Below are positions 1-13,983 of a stretch of DNA of 64,000 bases, piece after piece. Source of the stretch: Phycisphaerae bacterium (GTDB lineage: Bacteria; Planctomycetota; Phycisphaerae; Phycisphaerales; Phycisphaeraceae). The translations under genes and the position numbers were made by a program. The notes below the pieces were generated by a model, which was not told the origin of the DNA, made no database searches, and saw only the letters and a program-made list of their open reading frames with translations. The stretch covers positions 267,132 through 331,131 of the forward strand of contig JAUHZU010000004.1 of NCBI GenBank assembly GCA_030425705.1, read 5' to 3'. Within the stretch, counting starts at the first letter, position 1; every line of letters begins with the position of its first letter.

Positions 1-1
1 T

Positions 2-739
2 GCCGAGTTCGTCGATATGGACACGACCAGCACCCTCGACTGGGCCCCGGTCCGCGAGGCGCTGGCCACCCACGGCATCCGCAACTCCAACGTGATGGCC
101 ATCGCCCCCACCGCGACCATCTCCAACATCGCCGGCAGCTTCCAGTCCATCGAGCCCACCTACCGCAACCTGTTCGTCAAGTCCAACCTCTCGGGCGACT
201 TCACCATCGTCAACGAGTACCTCGTCCAGGACCTCAAGGACCTGGGGCTCTGGGACGACCAGATGCTCGACGACCTGAAGCACTACGACGGCGGGGTGCA
301 GCACATCGACCGCATCCCCGAGGACCTCAAGGAGCTGTACAAGACCGCCTTCGAGGTCGACGCCTTCGCCATGATCGAGTGCACCAGCCGACGCCAGAAG
401 TGGATCGACATGGGCATCAGCTTCAACCTCTACATCGACACCCCCTCGGGCAAGCTGCTCAACGACATGTACATGGCCTGCTGGAAGAAAGGGCTCAAGA
501 CCACCTACTACCTCCGCTCGCTGGGCGCGACCCGCATCGAGAAGTCCACCACCAGCGCCAACGGCAACACCTCGGCCCGCCCGCCGAAGAAGCAGGCCCC
601 GGCCGACGTCGTCGCCAACGACGCCGCCCCCGTCGTGCCGACCATCAAGGACCCGTCCATCGACCAGCTCCTGGACGGCAAACAAGCCGCCGGCAACGCC
701 TGCTCCATCGACAACCCCGACTGCGAAGCGTGTCAATAA
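2..739 (+). CDS. nrdA: Ribonucleoside-diphosphate reductase alpha subunit (class I), C-terminal part; 5' end lies outside the window
   Basis: The translation (NIAGSFQSIEPTYRNLFVKSNLSGDFTIVNEYLVQDL ... WKKGLKTTYYLRS) matches the conserved class I RNR large-subunit C-terminus, including the C-terminal CxxC redox tail (DNPDCEACQ). The frame is open to the window edge. Confidence 0.9.
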   Translation, partial: AEFVDMDTTSTLDWAPVREALATHGIRNSNVMAIAPTATISNIAGSFQSIEPTYRNLFVKSNLSGDFTIVNEYLVQDLKDLGLWDDQMLDDLKHYDGGVQHIDRIPEDLKELYKTAFEVDAFAMIECTSRRQKWIDMGISFNLYIDTPSGKLLNDMYMACWKKGLKTTYYLRSLGATRIEKSTTSANGNTSARPPKKQAPADVVANDAAPVVPTIKDPSIDQLLDGKQAAGNACSIDNPDCEACQ

Positions 740-755
740 CCTGACAACAACCCCG

Positions 756-783
756 CCTCGGCCCGGCTCGCGCCGGGCCGAGG
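756..783 (+). promoter_or_regulatory. Perfect 12-bp stem-loop (cctcggcccggc-tcgc-gccgggccgagg) in the nrdA–nrdB intercistronic spacer; possible attenuator or processing/stabilising hairpin
   Basis: The inverted repeat was read directly from the sequence, 17 nt after the nrdA stop and ~45 nt before the nrdB start. No strong U-tract follows it. Confidence 0.5.
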
Positions 784-828
784 TATTCTCGACCGACGAT
801 TTCCCGCCTCCAGAACAAGGATGTACCC

Positions 829-1887
829 ATGGGCTGCTGCGACGGACCGACCGAAGCTTTTGATCTGACCCAACCCGTCGACGTGAACGCCAAGCGGCTG
901 ATCAACTGCAAGGCCGTGGACGTCAACCAGCTCTGCCCGATCAAGTACGCGTGGGCGTGGGAGCACTACATCAACGGCTGCGCCAACCACTGGATGCCGA
1001 CCGAGGTCTCGATGCAGAAAGACATCGAGCAGTGGAAGGACCCCAAGCTCTTCACCGACGACGAGCGCCGCGTCATCATGCGCAACCTCGGGTTCTTCTC
1101 GACCGGCGAGTCGCTGGTCGCGAACAACATCGTGCTCGCCATCTTCAAGCACGTGACCAACCCCGAGGCCCGTCAGTACCTGCTCCGCCAGGCGTTCGAG
1201 GAGGCGATCCACACCCACACGTTCCAGTACTGCTGCGAGTCGCTGAACCTCGACCAGCGCGAGGTCTTCAACATGTACCACGAGGTCGACTCGATCGCCG
1301 GCAAGGACGACTTTGTCATGTCGCTCACCGCCGACGTCATGGCCGACGACTTCCGGACCGACACCCCCGAGAACATCCAGCGGTTCCTCAAGAACCTCAT
1401 CGGGTTCTACGTCATCATGGAGGGCATCTTCTTCTACTCCGGTTTCGTGATGATCCTGTCGTTCCACCGGCGGAACCAGATGGTCGGCATCGGCGAGCAG
1501 TTCCAGTACATCATGCGCGACGAGTCGATCCACATGAACTTCGGTATCGACCTGATCAACGGCATCCGCGAGGAGAACCCGGACGTCTGGACCGAGGACT
1601 TCAAGCAGGAGTGCGTCGAACTCATCAAGCAGGCCGTCGAGTACGAGGTGAAGTACGCGCAGGACTGCCTGCCCAACGGCGTGCTCGGGCTGAACGCCGA
1701 GAGCTTCGACCAGTACGTCAAGTACATCGCCAACCGCCGGCTGGAGCGGATCGGCCTGCCGACGCAGTACGAGGGCGTGCGCAACCCGTTCCCGTGGATG
1801 AGCGAGGTCATCGACCTGCAGAAGGAGAAGAACTTCTTCGAGAGCCGGGTGACCGAGTACCAGACCTCGGGCAACCTGGAGTGGTAA
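829..1887 (+). CDS. nrdB: Ribonucleoside-diphosphate reductase beta subunit (class Ia R2)
   Basis: 352 aa with the ferritin-like R2 di-iron motifs (EExxH-type: [20 protein letters not shown]). It lies immediately downstream of nrdA. Confidence 0.9.
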   Translation: MGCCDGPTEAFDLTQPVDVNAKRLINCKAVDVNQLCPIKYAWAWEHYINGCANHWMPTEVSMQKDIEQWKDPKLFTDDERRVIMRNLGFFSTGESLVANNIVLAIFKHVTNPEARQYLLRQAFEEAIHTHTFQYCCESLNLDQREVFNMYHEVDSIAGKDDFVMSLTADVMADDFRTDTPENIQRFLKNLIGFYVIMEGIFFYSGFVMILSFHRRNQMVGIGEQFQYIMRDESIHMNFGIDLINGIREENPDVWTEDFKQECVELIKQAVEYEVKYAQDCLPNGVLGLNAESFDQYVKYIANRRLERIGLPTQYEGVRNPFPWMSEVIDLQKEKNFFESRVTEYQTSGNLEW

Positions 1888-1945
1888 GGCGTCCGCGTAG
1901 CGGCGCGGCCCTTCAACGCAACGCCCACACACACAATAGATTCAC

Positions 1946-1975
1946 AGCCCCCGCCGCAAGGCGGGGGTTTTACAT
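1946..1975 (+). terminator. Rho-independent terminator after nrdB
   Basis: An 8-bp GC stem with GCAA loop followed by TTTT (agcccccgcc gcaa ggcggggg tttt). Confidence 0.75.
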
Positions 1976-2016
1976 TGCGAGAGCAGACGCTGCGTGTCGC
2001 ACGCTAGACGCCGTGG

Positions 2017-2817
2017 TCATTCTGACGCGTTGCGGATGTCGGTCGGGCTCTTGCCGAGCTCCCGGCGGACGGTCTTGTTGAAGAGCTGCAGGTCGGGGAG
2101 CCCGACGTCGCGGGCAATGACGCGGATGGGGAGCGTGGAGTGCCGGAGCAGGTGCTTGGCGCGTTCGACACGGCGTTGGCGGATGAAGGCGACGGCGGTC
2201 GTGCCGAAGCGCTGGCGGAAGAGGCGGGTGAGCTGGTTATTGGAGACGCCGACGGCCTTGGCGACCTCGGCGACGCGCATGGGGGTGGCGAGGTTGAGGT
2301 TGATCAGGCGGACGGCGTCGTCGAGCGCGGGGTGGTAGGTGATCGGCTCGCCGTCGATGCCCGCGCCGGGGGGGTCGGCGACCTGCCAGAGCACGTCCCA
2401 GACCCGGGCCGACGCGCGCCCCGGCGCGGTGCGGAACCAGTCGGCGGCCTCGCGGAAGTGGTTGTGCAGCAGTTCGAAGCGTCGGCCCAGGTCCTGCACG
2501 GCGGGGATGGTCGGCAGCCCGCGGGTCGACTCGTGCCCGGGCAGGCGGAAGTGGGCGAACGTGTGCTCGCACTTCGGCTCGTGGTAGCGGAACTCCTGGA
2601 TCACCGCGGGCGGGATCACGCCGACCGTGCGCGGGTGGATGCAGATGTGCCGGCCGTCCACGAACAGCTCGGCCTCGTAGCGGTAGAAGTGCAGGGACCA
2701 GAGCCCGGGGAGCTGGAAGCGCTCGACGGGGTTCCGGCCGTGCTCCGCGTGGCCGAGCATCACGACCTCCGGTGGGTTGTGCAGCGGGATGGGCCAGTGG
2801 GGGGTGGGTCCGGGCAT
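2017..2817 (-). CDS. AraC-family transcriptional regulator
   Basis: The C-terminal AraC-type HTH reads (MRVAEVAKAVGVSNNQLTRLFRQRFGTTAVAFIRQRRVERAKHLL ... IARDVGLPDLQLFNKTVRRELGKSP). The gene is divergent from the PSD1/DUF1501 gene pair. Confidence 0.8.
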   Translation of the reverse strand: MPGPTPHWPIPLHNPPEVVMLGHAEHGRNPVERFQLPGLWSLHFYRYEAELFVDGRHICIHPRTVGVIPPAVIQEFRYHEPKCEHTFAHFRLPGHESTRGLPTIPAVQDLGRRFELLHNHFREAADWFRTAPGRASARVWDVLWQVADPPGAGIDGEPITYHPALDDAVRLINLNLATPMRVAEVAKAVGVSNNQLTRLFRQRFGTTAVAFIRQRRVERAKHLLRHSTLPIRVIARDVGLPDLQLFNKTVRRELGKSPTDIRNASE

Positions 2818-3039
2818 GGTGGATTTCGACTAGCGTTGCTGCGGGGCTTGGGGCGAAAACCCCGCGAATGCCGCCGTCACAAAAAAGTTAGGAATGAAGA
2901 TGTTAGGCGATTCCCCGTCGCCTGTAATAGGATATAGGTGAGGAATGTCCAGCGCATGCCGAGACGCTCACGCCCGGCCGGTGTTACACGCATCGTGCCG
3001 GCGACCTGTCCAGAATCGACCAGCGAGGCCCCCTACTCC

Positions 3040-6000
3040 ATGCAGATGTCTCCCCGACACGCGGCGATCCGGTCCTTCTCCGTGACAGCGATGCTCGCCG
3101 CGGCCGTGCTGGCGTTCCCGGGGTGCGGGGACGGCGGGGGCTCGGCCCAGCATGCCGGCACCGGTGCCGACGACGAAGTCCGGCCGGCCGCGCTGGCCGC
3201 GCCCGACCGGCGTGAGGATCGCCCGATCGACTTCGGCCGGGACATCCGCCCGATCCTGTCGGACAACTGCTACTTCTGCCACGGCCCGGACTCGGCCGTC
3301 GCCGACCAAACCGGCGGGCTGCGGCTCGACTCGTTCGAGGGCGCGACCGCCCAGCGTGACGGGGCCGACCCCGCGATCGTGCCCGGCGACCCGGACGCCT
3401 CGCCCCTGATCCGCCGCGTCGAGTCGACCAACCCGAACATGGTCATGCCGCCGCCCGAGTCGCACCGCACGGTGACGCCCGCGCAGGCGGAGCTGCTCCG
3501 CCGGTGGATCGCCGAGGGCGCTGAGTACACCGGGCACTGGGCGTTCCAGACGCCGGTGCAGCCCGACCCGCCGGCGACCGCCGACGCGGCGTGGGTGCGC
3601 AACGCGGTGGACGCGTTCGTCCTGGCCGAGCTGGAGCGCCACGGGCTCGCCCCGTCGCCCGAGGCGGACAAGGCCACGCTGATCCGCCGCGTCACGCTGG
3701 ACCTGACCGGCCTGCCGCCGACGCCCGAGGAGGTCGACGCGTTCCTCGCCGACGACTCGCCCGAGGCGTACGAGAAGGTCGTCGACCGCCTGCTCGCGTC
3801 GCCGCGCTACGGCGAACGGATGGCCAGTGTCTGGCTCGACCTGTCGCGCTACGGCGACACCAACGGCTTCCACCACGACCACCACCGCACGATGTGGCCT
3901 TGGCGCGACTGGGTCGTCAAGTCCTACAACGAGAACCTGCCGATCGACCAGTTCTTCATCAAGCAGTTGGCCGGCGACCTGCTGCCCGACGCGACGCGGG
4001 AGGACATCCTCGCCAGCGGGTTCAACCGCAACCACAACATCAACGACGAGGGCGGCGCGCTCGACGCCGAGTACCGCGTCGAGGCCGTGGCCGACCGTGT
4101 CGAGACGACCGCGGCGGTGTTTATGGCGCTGACCTTCAACTGCGCCCGCTGCCACGACCACAAGTACGACCCCTTCACGCAGGCAGACTACTACTCGCTG
4201 TTTGCCTACTTCAACTCCGTGGAGGAGCGGGGGCTGTACGGCGCGAACCCGAACATCACCGCCTACCCGCCGAGCATGATGTACGGCACGCCGGAGACCG
4301 AGGCGGCGTACCGGGACGCGCGGGCCCGGCTGGACGCGCTGATGGCCGAGGCCGTGAGCCCCGACGCCGGGATCGCCGACGAGCAGGCGCAGTGGCAGCA
4401 GGCGCTGTTCGATCGGGCCGGCATCCGCTGGGCCGACGCGACGCTGACGGCCGCGGTGTCGAGCGAGGGCGCGACACTCACCGAGCAGCCCGACGGCTCG
4501 GTCCTCGCGACCGGCGCGAACCCCGGCAGCGACGCGCACACCTACACGCTCCGCACCGACGCGACCGGGCTCCGCCTGCTGCGGCTGGACGCGCTGACCG
4601 ACCCCTCGCTGGCCGGTGGGCGGGTCGGCCGGGCGCAGAACGGCAACGCGGTCATGAGCGGCATCGAGGTCGTCGCGACCTCCGTCGCCGACCCGACACA
4701 GTCGCAGGTGGTGTCCTTCCACTGGGCGTGGGCCAGCTTCGAGCAGCCCAACGGCGACTTCGACATCTTCAACGCGGTCCACAGCGACGGTGACGGCTGG
4801 GCCGTCGGCGGGCACCTCGACCGGGACCCGCGCACCGCGCTGCTGGTCGCCGACGCGCCCTTCGGCTACGCGGGCGGCACGGAGATCAAGGTCACGCTCC
4901 ACTACCGATCGCGTTACGCGAACCACGTGCTCGGTCGGGTCCGGGTCGCGCTGGGCGCGGCCGACACCGTCGACCTCGCCGCGCTGTTCCCCACGGTCGC
5001 GCGCGACTGGTTCCTGGCCGGGCCGTACCAGGAAGCGAGCTACGACGCGGCGTACAGCACGGCGCACGGCCCCGAGTCAGCGCCGTTCGTCTCGCCGCAC
5101 CTGGACTTCGGCGACGGCAAGCCGCGCTTCAGCCACCAGCCGGGCTACACCGACGGCAACGTTCACGGCCTGCAGGGCCCGCAGTCGGCGTTCTACATCG
5201 CACGCTCGATCTTCTCCCCCGTCGAGCGCACGCTCGACCTCGTGCTCGGCAGCGACGACGGCATCCGCGTCTACCTCAACGGCGAAGAGGTCTACGCCAA
5301 CAACGTCCAGCGCGGCCCCGCCGCGGCGACCGACCCGCTGACCGTCACGCTCCGGCCGGGCGAGAACACGCTGGTCCTCAAGATCATCAACGGCGGCGGG
5401 CAGGGCAGCTTCTACTACGAGCCCAAGCCCGACACGCAGAGCCCGGGCCACTTCAGCCCGCTCGCGCTGGTCCCCGGCGGCGACCGCCTGCCCGTGCTCG
5501 GCCAACGCTTCAACGACCAGTGGCGGCGGTCCTACTCGCCCGCCTACCGCGCGCTCATGGAACAGGCCGCGGTCATCGAGCAGGAGATCGCGGAGCTCGA
5601 CGCGCAACGCGCCCCCGTGCTCATCATGAAGGAGCTGCCCGAGCCCACGCCGACCTACATCCTCTACCGCGGCGAGTACAGCCACCCGATCACGGAAGAC
5701 GCGGAGACCGGCGAGCCCGTGCCACCGCTGACCCGCCGGCCGCCTTTGGAGCTCGGGGCCGACCTACCCGCGGACGCGCCCAACAACCGCCTGGGCTTCG
5801 CGCACTGGCTCACCCAGCCCGACCACCCGCTGACCGCCCGCGTCCACGTCAACCGCACCTGGGCGATGCTCTTCGGCACGGGCATCGTCAAGACCAGCGA
5901 AGACTTCGGCAACCAGGCCGACTGGCCCAGCCACCCGGGGCTGCTCGACTGGCTCGCGGTCGAGTTTGTCGAGACCGGCTGGGACCAGAAGCAGTTGCTC

Positions 6001-6732
6001 CGGCTCCTGGTCACCAGCGCGACGTACCGCCAGCAGTCGGTGATTAACCCCGACGCCCGCGCGCAGGACCCGGACAACCGCCTGCTCGCCTACTTCCCCC
6101 GCCAGCGCCTCTCCGCGGAGATGATCCGCGACCAGGCGCTGTTCGCCTCGGGGCTGCTGGTCGAGAAGCTCGGCGGGCCGTCGGTCAAGCCCTACCAGCC
6201 GATGGGGCTGTGGCGCGAGGTGTCGATCCCCAGCTCCAACACGCGCAACTTCCAGCGCGGCAGCGGTGAAGACCTCTACCGCCGGTCGCTCTACACCTAC
6301 TGGAAGCGCACCGCGCCGAGCCCGCAGATGGCGGCCTTCGACGCGCCGACACGCGAGTTCTGCGTCATCGACCGCGGCAGCACCAACACGCCGCTGCAGG
6401 CGTTGGTCCTCTGGAACGACGAGCAGTACCTCGAGGCCGCGCGCGTCCTCGCCGCGCGGGCGCTCGACGAACGCGACACCACCGACGAGCGCCTCATCCG
6501 GCTGTACCGGCTGTGCAACGGCGACGAGCCGGGCCGGGCCAAGCTCGCGGTGCTCCGCGACACGCTGGAGGCCTTCCTCGACCGGTTCGCGGAGACACCC
6601 GACGAGGCGCAGGGCCTGCTCGGTTACGGCGAGGCGCCGCTGCCCGAGACCTACGACCCGGCCGAGCTCGCGGCGTGGACAATGATCGCCAGCGCTGTGT
6701 TCTCTCTGGACGAAACCATCGTCCGCGACTGA
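3040..6732 (+). CDS. Planctomycete PSCyt1/PSCyt2(DUF1549)/PSD1(DUF1553) multidomain secreted protein, paralog 1
   Basis: Signal peptide (MQMSPRHAAIRSFSVTAMLAAAVLAFPGCG); PSCyt1 haem-like motif DIRPILSDNCYFCHGPD; DUF1549 block (ELERHGLAPSPEADKATLIRRVTLDLTGLPPTPEEVDAFLAD); CAxCHDHKYDP; a LamG/PA14-like insert (GIRVYLNGEEVYANN); DUF1553 C-terminus. The ORF is open from 2938, and the ATG at 3040 was chosen as the start. Confidence 0.8.
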   Translation: MQMSPRHAAIRSFSVTAMLAAAVLAFPGCGDGGGSAQHAGTGADDEVRPAALAAPDRREDRPIDFGRDIRPILSDNCYFCHGPDSAVADQTGGLRLDSFEGATAQRDGADPAIVPGDPDASPLIRRVESTNPNMVMPPPESHRTVTPAQAELLRRWIAEGAEYTGHWAFQTPVQPDPPATADAAWVRNAVDAFVLAELERHGLAPSPEADKATLIRRVTLDLTGLPPTPEEVDAFLADDSPEAYEKVVDRLLASPRYGERMASVWLDLSRYGDTNGFHHDHHRTMWPWRDWVVKSYNENLPIDQFFIKQLAGDLLPDATREDILASGFNRNHNINDEGGALDAEYRVEAVADRVETTAAVFMALTFNCARCHDHKYDPFTQADYYSLFAYFNSVEERGLYGANPNITAYPPSMMYGTPETEAAYRDARARLDALMAEAVSPDAGIADEQAQWQQALFDRAGIRWADATLTAAVSSEGATLTEQPDGSVLATGANPGSDAHTYTLRTDATGLRLLRLDALTDPSLAGGRVGRAQNGNAVMSGIEVVATSVADPTQSQVVSFHWAWASFEQPNGDFDIFNAVHSDGDGWAVGGHLDRDPRTALLVADAPFGYAGGTEIKVTLHYRSRYANHVLGRVRVALGAADTVDLAALFPTVARDWFLAGPYQEASYDAAYSTAHGPESAPFVSPHLDFGDGKPRFSHQPGYTDGNVHGLQGPQSAFYIARSIFSPVERTLDLVLGSDDGIRVYLNGEEVYANNVQRGPAAATDPLTVTLRPGENTLVLKIINGGGQGSFYYEPKPDTQSPGHFSPLALVPGGDRLPVLGQRFNDQWRRSYSPAYRALMEQAAVIEQEIAELDAQRAPVLIMKELPEPTPTYILYRGEYSHPITEDAETGEPVPPLTRRPPLELGADLPADAPNNRLGFAHWLTQPDHPLTARVHVNRTWAMLFGTGIVKTSEDFGNQADWPSHPGLLDWLAVEFVETGWDQKQLLRLLVTSATYRQQSVINPDARAQDPDNRLLAYFPRQRLSAEMIRDQALFASGLLVEKLGGPSVKPYQPMGLWREVSIPSSNTRNFQRGSGEDLYRRSLYTYWKRTAPSPQMAAFDAPTREFCVIDRGSTNTPLQALVLWNDEQYLEAARVLAARALDERDTTDERLIRLYRLCNGDEPGRAKLAVLRDTLEAFLDRFAETPDEAQGLLGYGEAPLPETYDPAELAAWTMIASAVFSLDETIVRD

Positions 6733-6783
6733 CCCCTACCGCACGACCCGCGGCGGGCCATCGGCCCGCGTTGAAGAAGAAGG

Positions 6784-8265
6784 ATGAACGCCATGGACCC
6801 GATGGAAACCCACCTGCTGAACCTCACCCGCCGGCAGTTTTTTGGCAAGGCGGCGCAGGGCATGGTCGCCGGCATGGGCGTCAGCGCGCTCGCGTCGCTC
6901 CTGGCCGACCCCGCGACGGCCTCGGCCGGCGGCGTGCTCCGCTCCCACCACCTCGCGCCCAAGGCCAAGCGCGTCATCTTCCTGCACCAGATGGGCGCGC
7001 CCTCGCAGCTGGACCTCTTCGACTACAAGCCCAACCTCCACGAGTACCGCGGGCAGGACCTGCGCGCCTTCCCCGAGATCTTCCAGGGCCAGCGCATCAC
7101 CGGCATGACGTCCGGCCAGGCGTCGCTCCCCATCGCCCCGTCTATCTTTAAGTTCAACCGCTACGACAACAACACCGACGAGGGGCTCTACGTCAGCGAG
7201 CTGTACCCGCACACCGCGTCGTGCGCGAAGGAGCTGTGCGTCATCAAGTCGGTCTACACCGAGGCGATCAACCACGAGCCGGGCATCACCTTCTTCCAGA
7301 CCGGGCACCAGCAGCCGGGTCGGCCGTCGATGGGCGCGTGGCTGAGCTACGGGCTGGGCAGCGCGAACGACAACCTGCCGTCGTTCGTCGTGATGATCAG
7401 CCAGGGCTCGGGCAACATGCAGACGCTCTCGGCCCGCATGTGGGGCTCGGGCTTCCTGCCCAGCGAGCACCAGGGCGTCAAGCTCCGCGCCGGGGCGGAC
7501 CCGGTGCTGTTCCTCAGCGACCCCAAGGGGGTCCGCCGCGACGACCGCCGACGCATGCTCGACGCGGTCAACGCGATCAACGAGCTGGAGCACGACCGCG
7601 TACAGGACCCGGAGATCATGGCCCGCATCGCGCAGGGCGAGATGGCCTACCGCATGCAGATGTCCGTGCCCGAGCTGACCGACTTCTCCGACGAGGACCC
7701 CGAGACACTCGCGCTGTACGGCCCGGACGTCCACAAGCCCGGCAGCTACGCGTCGCACTGCCTGCTCGCCCGCCGCATGGCCGAGCGCGACGTCCGCTTT
7801 ATCCAGCTTTACCACCGCGGGTGGGACGCGCACGGCAACCTGCCCCGCGAGATCCGCGCCCAGTGCGCCGCGACCGACCAGCCCCAGGCCGCGCTCATCA
7901 AGGACCTCCGCCGACGCGGCATGCTCGACGAGACCCTCGTCGTCTGGGGCGGCGAGTTCGGCCGGGGCGTCTACTCCCAGGGCGCGCTCTCCGCCGACAA
8001 CTACGGCCGGGACCACCACCCCAAGTGCTTCACCATGTGGATGGCCGGCGGCGGCGTGAAGCCCGGCATCAGCTACGGCGAGACCGACGACTTCGGCTAC
8101 AACATCATCGACAAAGAATCCAACGGCGTCCACGTCCACGACCTGCACGCCACCATGCTCCACCTCCTGGGCATCGACCACGAACGCCTCACCTACCGCT
8201 TCCAGGGCCGGCGCTACCGCCTCACCGATATCGCCGGCCTAGTGAAGCAGGAATTGATCGCCTAG
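6784..8265 (+). CDS. DUF1501 (sulfatase-fold) protein with Tat signal peptide, partner of the PSD1 protein, paralog 1
   Basis: Twin-arginine motif TRRQFFGKAAQGMVAGMG; conserved DUF1501 blocks ([41 protein letters not shown]). It starts 52 nt downstream of the PSD1 gene. Confidence 0.85.
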   Translation: MNAMDPMETHLLNLTRRQFFGKAAQGMVAGMGVSALASLLADPATASAGGVLRSHHLAPKAKRVIFLHQMGAPSQLDLFDYKPNLHEYRGQDLRAFPEIFQGQRITGMTSGQASLPIAPSIFKFNRYDNNTDEGLYVSELYPHTASCAKELCVIKSVYTEAINHEPGITFFQTGHQQPGRPSMGAWLSYGLGSANDNLPSFVVMISQGSGNMQTLSARMWGSGFLPSEHQGVKLRAGADPVLFLSDPKGVRRDDRRRMLDAVNAINELEHDRVQDPEIMARIAQGEMAYRMQMSVPELTDFSDEDPETLALYGPDVHKPGSYASHCLLARRMAERDVRFIQLYHRGWDAHGNLPREIRAQCAATDQPQAALIKDLRRRGMLDETLVVWGGEFGRGVYSQGALSADNYGRDHHPKCFTMWMAGGGVKPGISYGETDDFGYNIIDKESNGVHVHDLHATMLHLLGIDHERLTYRFQGRRYRLTDIAGLVKQELIA

Positions 8266-8338
8266 CACACCGCCGGCTAGAATCGAACCGCAGTCGGGTG
8301 GAGCCACTGCACGCGAACCTCATCATCGAGACGTCTCT

Positions 8339-11515
<3,177 letters not shown>

Positions 11516-11554
11516 CCCGCGCACCGACCGCCTCACACGCCAACGGAGCCCCGC

Positions 11555-13054
11555 ATGGACCCGCGACGCGAACACGACCTGCTCATGACCCGCCGGCAGC
11601 TCTTCGGCAAGACCGCCTGCGGTGTCGGCGCCGCCGCGCTCGGCTCGCTCCTCGGCGCCGACCTCGCCGCCGCGCTCGCGTCCCCCGGACCCTCCCCCGG
11701 CACCGCCGCGCCCGGCTCCCCCCTGCCCACCGCCGGCGGCGCGCTCGGCGCGCCCCACTTCGCGCCCAAGGCCAAACGCGTCATCTACCTCTTCATGTCC
11801 GGCGGCCCCGCACAGCACGACATGTGGGACTACAAGCCCAACCTCACCGACCGCTTCGACGAGGACCTGCCCGATTCCATCCGCAACGGCCAACGCATCA
11901 CCACCATGACCTCCGGCCAGGCACGCTTCCCCGTCGCGCCCTCCAAATACAAGTTCGCGCAGCACGGCCAGGCCGGCACCTGGGTCAGCGAGCTGCTCCC
12001 CCACACCACCCAAGTCGTCGACGACCTCTGCGTCGTCCGCTCCATGCACACCGAGGCCATCAACCACGACCCGGCCATGACATTCATCCAGACCGGGCAC
12101 CAACAGCCCGGCCGACCGTCCATGGGCGCGTGGGTATCGTACGGCCTGGGCTCGCTCAACCAGGACCTGCCCGCCTTCGTCGTCCTCCACTCCAAATGGA
12201 GCGCGCGCCGCGATGCCCAGGCCCTCTTCTCACGCATGTGGGGCACCGGCTTCCTCCCCTCCGAACACCAGGGCGTCCAGCTCCGAACCACCGGCGACCC
12301 GGTCCTGTACCTCTCCGACCCGCCCGGTGTCGATCGCGCCGACCGACGACGCGTCCTCGACGGCGTCGCCGAGCTCAACGCCATGCAGCACGAGCACTTC
12401 GGCGACCCCGAGATCAACGCACGCATCGCCCAGTACGAGATGGCCTACCGCATGCAGGCCTCCGTCCCCGACCTCATGGACCTCTCCGGCGAGTCCGAAC
12501 AGACCCTCGACCTCTACGGCCCCGACGCCCGCACCCCCGGCACCTTCGCCGCCAACTGCCTCCTCGCAAGACGACTCGCCGAACGCGACGTCCGCACCAT
12601 CCAGATCTACCACCGCGGCTGGGACCAGCACGGCGACCTCGCCGGCGACCTCCCGCTCCAGTGCAAGGACATCGACCAGGCCTCCGCCGCCCTCGTCACC
12701 GACCTCAAACAACGCGGCCTGCTCGACGACACCCTCGTCATCTGGGGCGGCGAGTTCGGCCGAACCGTCTACTGCCAGGGCGCGCTCAGCCGCGACAACT
12801 ACGGCCGGGACCACCACCCCCGCTGCTTCACCATCTGGATGGCCGGCGGCGGCGTGAAGCCGGGCCTGGTCTACGGCGCGACCGACGACTACAGCTACAA
12901 CGTCACCGAAAACCCCGTCCACATCCACGACCTCAACGCCACCATCCTCCACCTCCTGGGCATCGACCACGAACGCCTCACCTACCGCTACCAGGGCCGC
13001 CGCTTCCGCCTGACGGATGTGCACGGGAACGTGATGCACGATTTGTTGAAGTAG
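11555..13054 (+). CDS. DUF1501 protein with Tat signal, paralog 2
   Basis: [19 protein letters not shown] Tat motif and the same DUF1501 blocks as 6784..8265. Confidence 0.85.
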   Translation: MDPRREHDLLMTRRQLFGKTACGVGAAALGSLLGADLAAALASPGPSPGTAAPGSPLPTAGGALGAPHFAPKAKRVIYLFMSGGPAQHDMWDYKPNLTDRFDEDLPDSIRNGQRITTMTSGQARFPVAPSKYKFAQHGQAGTWVSELLPHTTQVVDDLCVVRSMHTEAINHDPAMTFIQTGHQQPGRPSMGAWVSYGLGSLNQDLPAFVVLHSKWSARRDAQALFSRMWGTGFLPSEHQGVQLRTTGDPVLYLSDPPGVDRADRRRVLDGVAELNAMQHEHFGDPEINARIAQYEMAYRMQASVPDLMDLSGESEQTLDLYGPDARTPGTFAANCLLARRLAERDVRTIQIYHRGWDQHGDLAGDLPLQCKDIDQASAALVTDLKQRGLLDDTLVIWGGEFGRTVYCQGALSRDNYGRDHHPRCFTIWMAGGGVKPGLVYGATDDYSYNVTENPVHIHDLNATILHLLGIDHERLTYRYQGRRFRLTDVHGNVMHDLLK

Positions 13055-13136
13055 AACAGGCATTCCCGCGTGTCTAACTGTTTCCCCGGTGGGATAGGCG
13101 TCCCGCCTGTCATTCGGCGCAGCCGAACAGGCAACC
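13055..13136. repeat. REP-like structured repeat (copy A) made of small hairpins (acaggc..., ttcggc-gca-gccgaa)
   Basis: It shares the 23-bp core ttcggctgcgccgaatgacaggc (inverted) and acaggcattcc (direct) with copy B at 14482..14594. It sits immediately after the DUF1501 stop codon. Confidence 0.6.
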
Positions 13137-13294
13137 TCACACAAAGGGCCAGAGGCGCAGAGTAAGACAGTTGAAACCGTGAAGAAACGTCGATCGATGT
13201 AGGTGCCGAAACTATTGCACGGGTAGACTGTGATTCTACTTGGGCTGTTTATATGAAAATCGCGGACAAAAAGTACGTATAGTGATAAACGGCC

Positions 13295-13882
13295 ATGCGA
13301 CTACGACTGCCTCTAATCCGTTCCGGCTCAGACGACACCCCGACCGCGTGGTGGGAGTGGCTGTTCATGCCAATCATGATGCTGCTGGTTTGTCCTCTCC
13401 TGATCATCGGTACCATCATTTCGATACCTTTTAGTATTTTGTATTTCATTGTGCAGGATATAAAAGAACATACATTGTCTAGGGATCTTAAATCTCGCGG
13501 GCGCTATATACCGTGGTCGCAAGTCGAACATGAGATATCCCAAGGCAGTGGCACATTGATTGTTGAGCACTTTTCGCCAAAAGGCCCAATCCGCGAATGG
13601 TGGACGGAAGAAGATGTGATCGGAACCGCGCCTGTGACTCTTCCATCCTCTTTCCCCGCGGAAGACGTCGAAGGACTGAGATTCTATGCACAAGCGTGCA
13701 TCGAACGCTACACCGATATGAAGACTGGCGGAGCCAAACTGACCCGTAGAGAACTTCCACACGCTTCAAGCCGATTCCCACGGGCAAACATCGTAACATT
13801 GGTTAGATGGTCAGAAGAACCTGTCCTCGTTGCCTGCGATGCTGAAGCGGTATTCTCTGCCGAGTCGGATGAAGAACACTAA
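13295..13882 (+). CDS. Hypothetical membrane protein (ORFan) in a markedly lower-GC segment
   Basis: 195-aa ORF with an N-terminal TM helix (FMPIMMLLVCPLLIIGTIISIPFSILYFIV). Local GC is clearly below the surrounding ~70%. No recognisable domain. Confidence 0.5.
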   Translation: MRLRLPLIRSGSDDTPTAWWEWLFMPIMMLLVCPLLIIGTIISIPFSILYFIVQDIKEHTLSRDLKSRGRYIPWSQVEHEISQGSGTLIVEHFSPKGPIREWWTEEDVIGTAPVTLPSSFPAEDVEGLRFYAQACIERYTDMKTGGAKLTRRELPHASSRFPRANIVTLVRWSEEPVLVACDAEAVFSAESDEEH

Positions 13883-13983
13883 ATCCGCTTACCAACGTGC
13901 GGCAATACCTGCCTCCCTTAGCACCTTCGCGCCTTTGCGTGAGGCGCACCCACCCAATCCTCACCAACCCCCCAAGACCCTCC

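Noticed and set aside
733-1932. 399-aa minus-strand ORF fully overlapping nrdB
   Set aside because: It is an antisense shadow ORF typical of 70% GC DNA. Its translation is low-complexity (R/G/V/D/L-rich), whereas the plus strand encodes a motif-perfect NrdB.
2968-5067. 699-aa minus-strand ORF opposite PSD1 paralog 1
   Set aside because: It is a shadow frame with an Arg/Gly/Val/Asp-rich junk translation; the sense strand carries conserved PSCyt/DUF1549 motifs.
6736-8181. 481-aa minus-strand ORF opposite DUF1501 paralog 1
   Set aside because: It is an antisense shadow ORF with no domain signal.
6784-8265. DUF1501 proteins as bona fide sulfatases and targets of the SUMF1 proteins
   Set aside because: The DUF1501 family has a sulfatase-like fold but lacks the CxPxR formylglycine motif, so these are kept as function-unknown PSD1 partners.
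12230-13144. 304-aa minus-strand ORF opposite DUF1501 paralog 2
   Set aside because: Shadow ORF.
13240-13449. Two short overlapping ORFs (64–66 aa) in the AT-rich spacer before 13295
   Set aside because: They are too short, lie in opposite orientations and have no support. They are probably noncoding spacer.
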